Below, one piece after another: positions 1 to 13,400 of a DNA stretch of 64,000 bases. The notes under the pieces are model-generated. The model ran no database searches and was not told where the DNA came from. It was given only the letters and a program-made list of their open reading frames with translations. Origin of the DNA: Gordius albopunctatus (lineage: Eukaryota); the NCBI GenBank assembly GCA_964276515.1, contig OZ193909.1:4340001-4404000 (forward strand). The letters run 5' to 3'. A program made the translations under genes and the position numbers. Positions within the stretch are counted from its first letter, which is position 1, and every line of letters starts with the position of its first letter.

Positions 1-850
1 AAATACGTTGGAACTCGAGAGCTGCGGCGGAACGGTTCTTGGTCAATTACGTAGAAAGAACGAAGGATACCAAGACCGCGATCCAGCACGTGATGAAGCA
101 ATGGGATGGCCAGCTAAACGAATTCCCGCAAGCAGTCAAGGGAATAACGGTTGAAGTAACGTAAAAGAGGGCATAGATCCCGTATTTATACCCGCTCGAA
201 GGGTGCCGATGGCGTGGAAGAAAGAAGTAGAAGAAGAGCTGAATAAATGGGTCAGAGACGGGGTGATAGAACCAATCGATTTCTCAAAATGGGCCAGTCC
301 AGTGGTACCCGTGAAAAAAAGCGATGGGACTCTGCGATTATGTATAGACTACCGGTTTACGATAAATAAATACGCACAAGGGTTGCTGTACCGCTTACCC
401 AAAATCGACGATTTGTTAAATAAACTCGACAACGCGTGTTATTTTACGAAGCTGGACCTTACGAAAGCGTACTTACAGCTCGAATTAGGGCCAGAGACGA
501 GCCAACGATTGACGATCTCTATGCACAAGGCTTATTTAAAGTTAACCGGATGCCGTTTGGCTTAAATTGTGCCGCGGCTATTTTCCAAAAAATAATGGAC
601 CAAATATTAGGAGGCATGGAGGGGGTAGCGGTATACATCGACGACATACTAATCGCAGGGGAAACGGAAGAAATTCACAAGGAGCGGTTACTCAAACAAC
701 TAGAAACGTTACAAAAGTGGGGGTTCGTGCCAAACATTGCCAAGAGCATTTTGTGGGCGAAGGAAGTAACCTTTTTGGGGTACGTAATAAGTAACAAGGG
801 GATTCAAATCAACGAAAATAAAGACGAAATAGTGAAGCAGTGGAAAAATT
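1..850 (+). mobile_element. Ty3/Gypsy LTR-retrotransposon pol fragment (reverse transcriptase), frameshifted and truncated
   Basis: ORFs 203-565 and 436-933 carry Gypsy RT motifs WASPVVPVKKSDGTLRLCIDYR, FTKLDLTKAYLQL, RMPFGL, YIDDILI and VTFLGY across a frameshift. Similarity is lost after ~845. Confidence 0.9.
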
Positions 851-2321
851 GTAACTTATTTATGCGTTTGTTATATACGGTGATGGTCACTTTTAGATTA
901 TTGTATCCCAGTTCTAATAGTTTATATGAATAAATATCAAGCCCTTAACAATGTTCAAGGACATTCAAAGCATTTCATTTTATACCAGACATTTTGGGTT
1001 AAAGATAGTTAAGTTTCGATGTGTTTTGACATAGAAAAGATATGGATGTGCACGTTCAAACTAAAACATCGTAAAAAATATATTTACAATTCATTAATGA
1101 TTTTGAAATTAATTATGATAATCCGCTAGATGGCACTTTTTGTAACTTAAACAAAATTCCTTACATTTCCTTAATTTCAAAGCTTAGATTTTTTAGCTTA
1201 TGAATATATTTATGCTTAATATTACTTTTAGAGTCATATACTTCAACACAAAAACTGCCAAAAGATTTTAGCAAAAAGATAAGCTCCAACACTCCGCAAA
1301 TTTATAGATAACATGAATTAAATAAAAGTCAAAAAATAATTTCCCTCAACATTTTAACATCACAATCTCTTCCTAATTCATGATCTAATGTAGCTTGTAT
1401 CATATTAATTGCTAAGGTTGGGGCTGGGTTTTGTTAGGTCTATTTTTGGTTTAACTAAGACTAACGGTCGATTCCGGTCTGAATTTCGAATTTCGACTAA
1501 GCCTAGAGGTTTAATTTAGATTTAGGATGAAACTAGACTCAAGATGTGATGTGTACACCCCCCCCCCGTATATTTTTCAATCTATGTACACAGAGTATAT
1601 TTAGCACTTTTCCTAAATATAAATTAGTTTTCAACTAGTGTCGTTTGCAACTATTACTTTGTTAAGTATTAGCTTAATTAATTAATCTCTTCATGTCCTC
1701 GTCGGTTATTATGTTTTTTGTGTATTTTTATGTAATATGGGATATTCTACGGAGTGTCGTTCTTTTTAAACGCATGACTGTTATTTATATTGAATAGAGC
1801 GGCTAAAAATTTTAAAATCTAAATATAATTTGAGGAAAGTAAATAGAAAAACTAAACCTTGCATTTTTATTGTAGCGATATATAGAATTTGTTGCTAATA
1901 TTTATTCAAAATTCTTATTGATCTAACAACGATATAATGTATGACAAGCATTAACCTAGTTTTTGAATTGCTAGTCAAATTAAACGTATGGAATTCGATC
2001 CGAAAGAATCAGTCTTTACACATGTTTAATACTAATAAGGTTATATTTATATATAAAATTTAGTTTTCTGAACGAAAAATTTGCACATCATTTTTAAATA
2101 GAGTAGCTTTTTTTACCATGGATGAAAATGTGAATTTCAAAAATTAAGTAAGTTTATTTTTTGTTTCATCGCTAATATAAATAAACTATATTTAAAACTG
2201 ATAATGTTATGGTAGTTTTAGGATACTTTAATTATCACAATAATATATTTAATTATAAACGTTAGCAGTAATTGAAATAAAATTTTAGATTAAATTGAAT
2301 TGAACCAATTTATCTCGTTAA

Positions 2322-2940
2322 TCTTCTTTTTCTTTATCAGTTATTCGGTCCCACATTGGTGGGGTTTGTTTTGATAAATTTCTTCCATCTTAACCGGGTG
2401 ATCACCATGTCTTGACTAATCTCTTTAGTTTCCATAACTTTATCGACTTGCCCTTTCCCCGTGACACGGGGTCGTCCTCTTCCTCTCTTCCCCGGTACCT
2501 CCATGTCCAGTACTTTTCGATTTACGTCATCCGTATCCCTTCTTAGTATATGCCCATACCACCTTAGCCGATTTTTGTTAATCATGTCCGCCATAGGTTG
2601 ATACCCATTTTTGTCATGAGAAAGTCATTCGTCATATGATCGAGCTTAGTATACCCCAAACTCCACCGTATGATTCTCATCTCTGTGGCTTGTAATAGCT
2701 TTAATTCCGTGGTGTTTAATGCCCATGTTTCACTTCCATAGAGTAACACCGGTCTTACGATGGATTTGTAAGCTTTGCTCTTCAACCATATTGTCATTTT
2801 CTTGTCGCACATTACACCGGATATACTTCGCCATTTAAGCCATCCTTTTTGGATCCGGGCATTGACTTCCGTTGCTCAACCTCCCTCTTGATGTAGCATC
2901 GAGCCGAGGTATGTGAACCTGTCTACTTTTGGGTACTTAA
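2322..2940 (-). mobile_element. 5'-truncated RTE-clade LINE, 3' end
   Basis: FTYLGS, RPVLLYGSETW and RLRWYGHILRR...GKRGRGRPR motifs; AAG-rich tail after the stop; closely similar to 49010-49569. Confidence 0.9.
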
Positions 2941-3690
2941 GCGAGACAACTGAAGTTTGGTGAATTTTAATTTTGTTTGTGTTTGCACATTGTCTACTTA
3001 TTAAAGTCCTCATAAAAACGTTGTATTTATAATAATATTTGAACAGCCATGTGATATAAAGCGTGAATGCTTTGTATTGCAACTTATATATTTGGTATTG
3101 GATTATTCGCGGATTTTCTCTCCTTAACAACTGAGTTTTCGTTAGTCATTTTTCATTCTCGCAAAATGTCAAATTTTATGAATAAAATCCGCCTAAAATT
3201 TAGAAATCTATATGTTTAAATATGGTAAGATGCGATGACTGGTTAAGATAATAATTATACGTTTCTAAGTAAAACCACATTCCTGCCTAATCAATTGCCT
3301 TAGATTTTACAATTAATTAACTTCTATTTAAAATATCAATTTGCAAGAAAGTGGGACATTCCTGACTTACGGGTGTAGTGTTTTATGTAAAATTTGGGTG
3401 TATTTAATGGTAACCACCTACAAAATCTTTCTGAATTCATGTTACAAGCTAGGGAAAATTTTGTTATTAGACTCTGATTGTAGGGACAAGCATCTATGAC
3501 TGTCGCTGTATTTAATCATAAAAAGATTTTTTAATGTTTAATATTTTAATTGAATCTATATAATTTTTAAAACAAAAATTACATTATTATTCCTACAACT
3601 GGGACAAAAGGCTGCATAATGTGAGCATACGGATGAGATGGGAAAGAATTTAAAGGCTTCTCTCAAGGGGCCGGCAATAGTAGATACTGG

Positions 3691-3944
3691 TTTGGTGAAC
3701 TAGGCCTTAGGGTGGTTTTTGTCATTGGTTGATGTTATTGAGATTTGTTGAATATGAATTAGTTTATTTAAATGAATCGCAAACACAAGATATTTAGAAT
3801 AAGCGAGCTGAAATAAAGTAGCGATGGTAATGGTTGTTGAATAATGAATCGAGGAATTAAGTTATGAATGCATGTCACAAAGAATATAGAAGTTACATAA
3901 TAAACGATGCGAATATGCATATATAAACGATGCAGCTCACCACA
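3691..3944 (-). repeat. 3' LTR of the Gypsy element
   Basis: Begins TGTGGTGAGC on the minus strand right after the PPT; direct repeat of 8868-9120. Confidence 0.92.
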
Positions 3945-4239
3945 TTACTCCCCTTCCTAAATACGGAGTGTTAGATGAACTCGGATAGCTTCTTTGGCCA
4001 ATGAACGTTCCGACCACCTTTACTAATGTACTTACTTTGTCGGGGGGAGGGGGGGGGTGTTGATGAACTAGTGCCTGAATTAGGGACCGGACCTGTCGAT
4101 TTAGACATGCCGGCTGAAACAGCTTCCGCGTTGCCCGTTTGCGGCGTAGATGATGATGAACTAACGTCCGGGTCGGAATCTAAATGTGCTGGTTTTATCC
4201 TGTCGATTGAAATGGTCTCAGCCTTACCGTTCTTCTCCA

Positions 4240-5214
4240 CTACATAATATCTATCATACCTCTTAACCACCTTGAAGGGCCTATTGAACGCAACGCACAA
4301 ACCTTTGCGGGATTCATCGTTGCGTATAAAAAGGAAATTACTTGTTTTAAAGGCATTAGATAAATTTGGAGTGGTAGCCTGAGGGCGAGTTGGATAAAAT
4401 GGTAGGTGATAAAAATGATTTTTAAGACGATTGATGTATTCGGGAATATCGATGACTTTTTTGATCGTTCAAAAAATTCGCATGGAAGACGCAACGTTGT
4501 CCCGTAAACCAGCTCAGCCGCTGAACAACCAATATCTTGTTGGATAGCCGACCTAATTCCTAACATAACCAATGGAACTAGTTCATCCCATTTTTTTGTA
4601 TCGCCTTGGGCTTTTAAGGCTAGTTTAAGCTGCCTGTGAAAACGTTCGACCATTCCATTAGATTGTGGGTGATAAGCTGTAGTCCTACTGTGATGAAAAC
4701 CCAAAAGACGCGCCAACCTGGAGAAAAGTCTAGACTCATATTGCACCCCCCTATCACTAGTAATCGTTACTGGAACTCCATAATTTGATATCCAGTGTTT
4801 AACAAACTCTTGGGTCAGATGTTCAGCGGTAATTTTAGTTATGGGCACTGCAATTGGCCAAAGGGTAAATCTGTCGACAGCAGTAAGCAAGTAGGTATAG
4901 CCGTTAACAGGTGGTAAAGAACCAACTAAATCAAGATGCACATGGCTGAATCGTGCATCCGGATTGGCAAAACTGCCAGGGGTTGTGATAGTGTGTTTGT
5001 TGACCTTACACTTTTGACATTGAAGGCATTGTCTTGCCCATGACCGTACGTCTTTATTCATCTGTGGCCATACGAATCGTCTAGCCACCAGCTTAAGGGT
5101 TCCACGGATTCCGGGATGAGCGAGATTATGTATGAGGTCGAACACCTTTCGCGTCATTGAAGTAGGTATAACCGGGCGTGGTGTGGCGCAGGAGGTGTCA
5201 CATTTAATCGTCAA
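4240..5214 (-). pseudogene. Gypsy integrase (zinc finger + DDE core), frameshifted near the C-terminus
   Basis: HNLAHPG...CLQC, HVHLDLVG, TITSDRG, TTAYHPQSNGMVERFHRQLK; GPY/F-like module continues in ORF 3971-4300. Confidence 0.9.
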
Positions 5215-6758
5215 ATTTGAACCTGGAATAGGGAAATCGGAAACTTTAAGCGACGAAAGCTGGTCGGGCTCTAAAATTCTAATTCTTGCGATCTAGTTAT
5301 CTGCTCTGAGGCTAAACTTTCAAGGTGAATGCTGTCTATGTCCACGCGGGACAACGCGTCGGCTACAATATTCGCCTTACCTTTAATAAACTGTATATTT
5401 GAAGTAAATTGTGATATGTAGTCTAGCTGTCTTATTTCCCTTGATGAGTATTTGTCAGATTTACTAGCTAAGGCGTAGGTCAGTGCTTCCTATTTGTGTA
5501 GGCTAACTCAAATCAATTAAATAAACTGCTTTATTATAAAAAACATAGAAAATGCAGTTGCAGGTGTAATAGGGTTATATTTTACATAGTACAAATAAAA
5601 AAGGGTCAAGATGACAATCTGATTTAGGTACCCATAAAAGACAAATTCTGCAATCGATAAAATTTTAAATAGCCAATTAATATTCCAAATTAAACTAAGA
5701 TAAATTATTATTAATAAACAAAATTATTGTTTTTTAAATCTTGACATTTGTCTACATACACTATCTCTCCGACTAGCCCCGACTCCTAATTTTATAAACA
5801 ATTAATAATTTAACATGTTATATTGCAAATAAAAATTTAATTATAGACGGTCTTTATATAAAAAAGATCCCTTTATAAGACAGAACTTAAATTAGTTCAA
5901 AATATATAGCCAAAAAATTTTTATGTCCAAAATACAAAATTTTGTCAAGGGTACTAATAGCCCCGAAAAATTGTTTTTCCTCCATAAAAGTTTTATATTT
6001 TATTTTTTATAAACAAAAACTTTTTTACTTATCTCTTATGGAAAAATACACATATGGTTTAAATTTTAATTATATCTCATCATTATTTAAAAAAATAATT
6101 ACATATATAATAGTAGCCCCGGGCTACGACTAGCCCCGGTCTCCCCTAAGTCTAATAGCAGAATTTAAATATATTATTCTAGCGTTTATAAATTTTAAAT
6201 ATAATTAATAGTTAAGATCAAGCACGATATTTTATATAATAAAAAGATTTAAAAATATAAAGCTAAAAGTCACCGACAAATTCCTAAATTAATGCAAAAA
6301 ACTTTGGCCAGAGTTTTTTTTAATATTATATCATCGCTAACAAAACCAATCATATGACATACAATTTTAATAGACAAATAAAAAATTATAAATTAATATA
6401 ACTGACTTTGCTATAGAATGATAGTTTTTATTTGAAGCAAAAGAATATTATAAAAATAAGTAGGAAGGAATTAAAAAGGCTGAACAAATTTTTAGTTGTT
6501 AAAAAAATTAAATGAATTACAATTATGCGCATTGTTAGAAAATGGAATGAGTCTTTGTTTTAAGTCTAGACGGCACACATGTGTATTGCGAACAATGAAA
6601 TGGCTTTGGCTACATAAATATAAATAATCCAATCCTTTCCATAATGGAGTAGGGCAAAGATTGAACTGAACGCGATAAAAATGTAATAAAATAATTTACT
6701 ACCAGAGAGTAAAATGGTTTCTTGTTCTTCCATAGTATTAGATTAGAGTAGCAGTTTA

Positions 6759-6920
6759 CATGGGCGTAGCCAGCATTAAAATTAGAGGGGGGCAATAATG
6801 ATTTAGGGAGGGGCAAATTTATCATTTTTTGAAAATTTAGCCATAATTTTAATAAATTTTTGAATTTAGAGGGGGGCAGCTGCCCCTTCCTACCCCCCCC
6901 CCCCCCCGTCTACGCCCATG
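6759..6920. mobile_element. hAT-type MITE, family A (CATGGGCGTAG TIR)
   Basis: TIRs CATGGGCGTAG...CTACGCCCATG; perfect 8-bp TSD GCAGTTTA (6751-6758 / 6921-6928). Confidence 0.9.
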
Positions 6921-7129
6921 GCAGTTTAAATCGTTGTGATTTTATTCTTTTATAATATAATCTGAAAATTAAAAATTTTTGATCTTGAGACAAACAAGTT
7001 AAACTAATTTATTCAAAATAAAATTTAATTTTGAAGAAATTGAAATTAGGATATTATATAAACGTACAATGAAGATTTAAGCGATGGAAAAAATCTAGTC
7101 AAATTTATTATGGCCCAAAATTGTTTATA

Positions 7130-7284
7130 AGCAAATTTTTCTTTTTTCAAGGAAAATAAATTTGATAAAATTTTGGGCATGCCCGAATCTTATCAGCTTG
7201 CCCGCCCGGGCCCGGCCGAAAATTAATATTTTAAGGCAAGTGTCCGGCCCGACCCATACCCGGCGCGGGCATTTTTGGTCTCTG
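7130..7284 (-). mobile_element. Single hAT-like terminus inserted in the Gypsy RT
   Basis: RT frame breaks at KIDLV. The minus strand then reads CAGAGACC followed by GGCCCGG/CCGGGC subterminal repeats resembling the hAT end at 30588. Confidence 0.6.
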
Positions 7285-8867
7285 CTAACTAGATCTATTT
7301 TTGTATAGATGGTTGTGCCGTCTAGGTTGAGCGAGAAATCGTGTAGATGTGGTAAGGGGTAACGATCAGGTATCGTTATAACGTTAAGTGCTTGGTAATC
7401 TCCACACGGTCGCCAATCTCCTGGAGTTTTTTTCGGAACCATGTGCAGTGGAGAACTCCAGGGGCTTTCTGAGGGTTGAATTATGCCGAGTTCGAGCATG
7501 TGTGCAAACTCTTGTTTGGCAACCTTTAGCTTGACAGGGTCTAAGCGTCTAGGTCTGGCATAAACGGGTGGTCCTCGTGTACGTATGTGGTGGACTACTT
7601 GATCGTTTACGCGTGACCTGTAATTTGGAGGGGTATAAATTTCCGGGAATTCCTTTAATAAACTTGCGAATTCATTCCCTAACGGTTGGGAGCAAGACTG
7701 AATTCTTAAAGATGTTGTTTAGGTGGGTACACCATTTGATATTGTCGCTGTTTGTTGGTCTATCAACCTTTTCCTTCTTAAATCTACTGTGAGATTGAAA
7801 AAATCGAGGAAATCCGCCCCAAAAATGGGTGTTTTGACGTCTGCGATCATAAATATCTACCTGAACGTTTTTCGCAAACCGAGATCAAGCGATAAAGGAA
7901 TTTGATCATAGGTTTTGATACAGCTGTTGTTGGCAGCTTGTAATTGAAAAGGGGCAGGTAGGGAACGTTGATTTGATTTAGGTGGCAGGACGCTGATGTC
8001 TGCACCGGTATCGACGAGCCAACGGTGCCCGGAAAGTTTGTCGATGATATAAAATAGGCGACTACGATGAATATGACCGAGCTCTGGCGTCGCCTTACCC
8101 GGCTGGTCTAGGCGTTTGTCGAAAATCGGGACGTGAAAGAGCAGGGAGGGGTACATTTTTTGCGTTGTTTTTAAAATTTTTGTGGTATCAGCACACGTCG
8201 CTGGCGTTATTATCATTAGGGGAAAGAGAGCGACGTGAGTTATAGGGGGGGGGGGGAACCCGGAGAGTAGGAGACCTGGCAGAATTTGGCGTTAGTTTAT
8301 GGACTTCCAGTGATAATTTTTCCACTATCTCTTTTAGACTTGAAATTTCATTGTTAGTAGATAAGCTATGTATGGTGTTGCCCTGATTTGCCTCGGCGAA
8401 CCTATCAGCCGTTTCAGCTAATTTTGACGTACATTGCTCAGTAGCGAACACTGCGAGAATGTTGGTAAAATAACTAGGCAATTTATTAAGCCACATTCGC
8501 TTTAAAATCTCGTCGTCCATGGTATAGTTTCCAATCAGCTGTTTCATCTATCGCAGTAACTGCGAGGGTGATCGATCCCCTAATTCTAAATTATTTAGAA
8601 GGTTTAATTGCTGCTGGTCGGAGTTTGAAGTACGACGAATTATTGCTAGCTTGATACGTTCGAAAGCATCGTCTTTGGTAATGTCCTCAAAAAGATCTTG
8701 TACCTCTGTAAAAACGTTTTGAGGTAATGCCTCAAGTAGCAGGGCCAACTTACTCGAAGGTTTGCCTACTTTGCGCAACCGAAATAATGTTTCTATACTT
8801 GCGAACCAAGTTCTGGAATTATCACCGTCAAAATTTGGGAGTTTAAAGATTAAGTCGGGTTCACCAA

Positions 8868-9120
8868 TTTGGTGAGCTAGGCTTGGGGTGGTTTTTTTTA
8901 TTGGTTGATGTTATTGAGATTTGTTGAATATGAATTAGTTTATTTATATGAATCGCGAACACAAGATATTTAGAATAAGCGAGCTAAAATAAAGTAGCGA
9001 TGATAATGGTTGTTGAATAATGAATCGAGCAAGTAAGTTATGAATGCATGGCACAAGGAATATAGAAGTTACATAATAAATGACGCGAATATGCATATAT
9101 AAACGATGCAGCTCACCACA
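8868..9120 (-). repeat. 5' LTR of the Gypsy element
   Basis: Direct repeat of 3691-3944, followed on the minus strand by the PBS at ~8854-8866. Confidence 0.92.
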
Positions 9121-10140
9121 CTTGACTATGTCTCTATGACCTTAACATGTAGCCTGTTAAATTAAGAGTGAATGCAATCGATTTTAAACTTGATTTAAAC
9201 CGATACTAAGCACATTACATACTTAAAACTTACTATGTGATAAAGTGGAAGGAGACTATCAATTCGACAACAAAACTTAGGAATATATACAATGTCATCT
9301 ACTAGATTTTACTAAATGGTTGAGGTAAGAATTAAAGGTATAATTATGTGTAGTATCTATAGCAACTCAAACATGTGATGTATTGCATGACAAATGGGTT
9401 GCTTCCCTTATAATGCGAAGAAATGAGACGCTGCACATCAACAATTGGTTTAGAAAAGTGGGCTAAGGACGTAAGAAGGTTATCGGAAAAGCAAGGTTCC
9501 TGGAACTCGCCTGCTATTAATACACAGTTGGCAGGGAAATAAAGCCAAGATGTACCAAATCCTTAGAGTCGACTGGCTATAAATAAAGAGTTGGCTTGAG
9601 AAATGTGGCAGAAGAAAAAAACTGTCATCAGGAATTTCCAGAATCCTTAAAGGGACATGAATTAAAACTTGGCGCGAAGAAATAGGTCAAGAAACGAAAA
9701 GAATTTCAAATATTGGAGCTCAGCTAAAAAGTGAAGGATATAAAAATCCCGTGGTAATTAAAGAGAATCAACACCTTTTTTCCAGAACACTGAATACCGA
9801 ACTTTTGCGCGTTGAAACCTGGTAGTATCCCAATATTTCCCCCGAAACCTTCCTCATGTAGTCTAGAAGAATACAACCAATGTCTTATATTTACCTGAAC
9901 TATTAAAGAGATACTCGTATTATATTCGCCATCGAGTGCGTTATAATGTTTCACATCCTAAACCCCAACGACCTATGTATCTGTCATCTCGAAATTTATA
10001 ATATATAAAGGTGTTTTTCAAAGCATAACTCCTAGAAGAAAATTTCTAAAAGTCAAACCATATCAATTTTTATCCTCCCCGCTTCCCAGCCTCAAAACGC
10101 AAAAGCGTTGTTCTTTGAGACATAACATAATAGACCTGAA

Positions 10141-10264
10141 CATGGGCGTAGTCAGGGGGGCAATGAAGAAAGAAAATTTTTTTTAGGGTTTTGCCCCCCC
10201 CCCCCCTGATTGAACTTTTAAACGTTTAACCCTCCCCCTAATCAAAAACCTGGCTCCGCCCATA
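10141..10264. mobile_element. hAT-type MITE (family A TIR, different interior), ~180 bp upstream of the SHOC2 ATG
   Basis: CATGGGCGTAG...CTCCGCCCATA; 8-bp TSD GACCTGAA (10133-10140 / 10265-10272). Confidence 0.85.
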
Positions 10265-10444
10265 GACCTGAATCACTAAATCTTATTCCCATAACTACTA
10301 TGGATGTTGAATAGTGAAATATGATGTAACGAAGTGACATTTTTGTATGTAAAAACACCTGCTACTAAATTTTTTATCCATCAAATAAAATGAATATATT
10401 TACCCAAATATTAGTATATATCATGGATTAAAATATAAAGAGGC

Positions 10445-13400
10445 ATGTCTACCTGGCCTTTAACGGAAACAGCTCGGCCTAAGCAAGTGACAGTTACGCA
10501 ACCGGGGACCAATAAAGCAAAACCTACTTCAAAAAAGAAACCATCACTTCAGGCCGACCTAGTAAACCATTATTCTTTTGCATATTAAAATTATCAGGAT
10601 GTAAATAAAGAGTTTCATCGGTGTAAAGATGAGGGTTCTGAGAGGATCGATTTAAGTAAATCTCAGGTATTAATTTATATTAAGCAATATTTTAGTTTTT
10701 TTTAGATAACATTTATTCCAACTTCAATCAAAGAAGTAATATAAAAATAAATATGGAGTCATCTATTATATTTAGTTAACACAGCTGCAGGAACTCTACT
10801 TATATGGCAATAAAATATCAGCACTTCCTTCAGAGATGGGAAATCTTATAAGTTTGCAAACTTTAGCCTTGAGTGAAAATTCCTTAACTTCACTTCCTGA
10901 TACTTTTGCAAATTTAAAAAACCTTAAATACTTAGACCTAAGGCATAATAAATTGAATGAAGTAAAATATATTTATTTTTATCATATATAATTAGATCCC
11001 ACCGGTTATTTATCATATGAAAATGCTGACCACTTTGCATCTAAGATTCAATAGGATTAAAGTTGTAGATGATGATATACGTAATTTAACGGTAAATAAC
11101 TAAAAATAATTGTTTTGATAGACAATTTTATCATACTACTTTCTATAATGTTGCTCTTTTAATTTTTATTGATTTTTTTATATGATTAGTGCTTGTATAA
11201 ACATACGTCTTACTTAGAAATCCATTAAATGTTTAATGTTACCATTAATTTAAATTACAAAACATTCACCTCAATAAAAAATTTTTAAATCTAATCATAG
11301 CTTATTTTTTTATATAATATATTTTGAACACTGTTTTAAATTACTAACTATCTCTATTGTTATTTGTACAACACTAATTATAAATTTCTCACTAGAGTGC
11401 ACACATATAACAATTATCTTTCATGGTTTTCAAGGAAATTTTAACCATATGTGTGGAAATTACCCTGAGATAACACCCTTAAATTATGATAACTTTGTAA
11501 TACTTTAAGTCTGATCTTAATATAACAAAGTTTAACTTTTTTATAATTGAATTTAAATGTTTTCAACTTTTGTCTCCTTATCATCTTATAGTTGTGTGAA
11601 AGCTAATAGATAAGATCCTTCATTCATTATTACCAAACTAAGGTTGTGTGGTCTTATCTTTCAAAGGAGACTGGCTTAGCTTGTAATTTTAAACTCATTG
11701 TTTTGGTCAAGTATGTGCTTTTAAACCCAATAATAGCCAACAACCCAATCTAATTGAGTTTTGCTTGTGTTTTTTGGCATGTTATCTAGCCTTTCCATCA
11801 AATCGTTCTTTTAGATGATTGCCCATTTCGATTAAATGTCTCGTTTAATTTTGTACTCCATTAAAAGTTTATATTTATCGAACGTTATAGGAAATTTTTC
11901 GAGGGATTAGGTTTTCATCTTTTCATTAATTAAGTCGGAAATGGTTAACCCCTTTTCTCCTTTAGGACTGCGTCAAAATTGATTTCTGTAACACTTGTTA
12001 AATTTCAAATAATCCACCGTTAAATAATAATAATTAAAAATTAATAAAACATTATGGAATCACACTTTTGTCTATATACTTTATAAAACAAAAATATCAA
12101 TTAGAGGGGGCAATATTAATTTAGTGAGGGGCAAAATGATAATTTTCCGGAACTATAGCCAAAATCATATTAAATTTCCCAGGTTCGGCTCGTTGTTTTT
12201 TTAAGCCAAGGTCCACTGTGTTCCAGCATACACGGAGTTGTAATGATTGCGGCGGTATCCTTCCCTATCCAAACCTATCAGATTGATTACCCTTCTTTTC
12301 TACCCCTTGCCCCCATGAGCGTTTTCAAGGGGTAGTGATTATGGCTTAAATTTCAAAAATTAATATTTTCCCTCTCCCTAAAGCATTATTACCCGCCCAG
12401 TTAGGCTAAGCTTTAAATTTTTTTTAGTAATTGCATTACACTAATGTTTTAATAGCCGGCCGATATCTTTGTATCGGCACATATTTACTGTAAGCATTTG
12501 ATCAGAATTTGGAATCCGATACAAAACGTCAAATTTTCATGTAATTTGTTATATTATTTTAGCTACCTTTACATTAACGTACCCAGCAATTTTATTTATA
12601 ACATCTCGATACCCTAGAAATTGACTATTCTCAGCTTGCGCGAGAACAAGATCAAGGAATTGCCGGGCGGCATCGGAGAATTGGTTAACCTATCAACCCT
12701 GGATTTATCACACAACCATCTGGAACATCTACCTACCGGTAATAATAACGAAAAAATGAAATATTGCGAGCCCCTTGTGGTGTGTGTGTGTGTGTGTGTG
12801 AATGATGTATTTATTAACTGAAAGATAGCATCGCAACTCTTTAATCATGTTCCGGAACGAAGATAAAATATAAATTAAAGAATTTTAGTCTATGCTTTGC
12901 TGACAAATTCAAAAAAACCCGGCTAAATTATAGCGCATCAGTATTATTCATTATTATTTAAAGAATGTTTTATGTTTCACTTCTGTGAATGTGAGATCGC
13001 AACTCTTTAATGTTCAGGAAGTAAGATAAAATATAAATTAAAGAATTTTAGTCTATGCTTTGCTGACAAATTCAAAAAAAACCGGCTAAATTATAGCGCA
13101 TCAGTATTCTTCATTATTATTTAACGAATGTTTTATGTTTCAACTTCTGTGAATGTGAGAGGGCAGATGCTATACTATACGGTTACTACTGCAATGTTTA
13201 CTTTGCTCGTTAATGGTACAAAAAAATCAATTTGCTATGCCTTAAATTGCTATAAACTACTAATCCCCATGTCGTTCCTTACAAATGATGCAAGAGTAGA
13301 ACATAACGTTGTTTAATTTTATTTTATGTTTCAGGAGGTTGACATAATTCAAACTTACATTTTATTGATTCATAAAAAATAGAATTTTATTGTTATTTTA

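Larger units (their letters stand above)
3691..9120 (-). mobile_element. Full-span but degenerate Ty3/Gypsy LTR retrotransposon (gag, protease, RT start, RNaseH end, integrase) with the RT/RNaseH core replaced by foreign DNA
   Basis: Two ~254-bp LTRs (3691-3944, 8868-9120; ~14 substitutions + 1 indel by eye). PBS TGGTGAACCCGAC next to the 5' LTR (tRNA-Trp type, 1 mismatch). PPT AGGAAGGGGAGTAA next to the 3' LTR. Flanks CTGG/CTTG are a possible 4-bp TSD. Gag KLPNFDGDN..WF; protease LVDTGADIS; RT SPWSSPLHMVPKK..WRPCGDY; integrase H-H-C-C, HLDLVG, SDRG, SNGMVERFHR. Confidence 0.93.

Noticed and set aside
9315..9760. Stop-codon reassignment suggested by TAA/TAG-only interruptions
   Set aside because: The host genes contain no in-frame TAA/TAG and CDIPT terminates at TAA; mutational decay explains it.
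9665..9956. Minus-strand spliced ORF with an in-frame TGA (selenoprotein idea)
   Set aside because: No start codon, no recognisable selenoprotein motif or SECIS; the splice choices were arbitrary.
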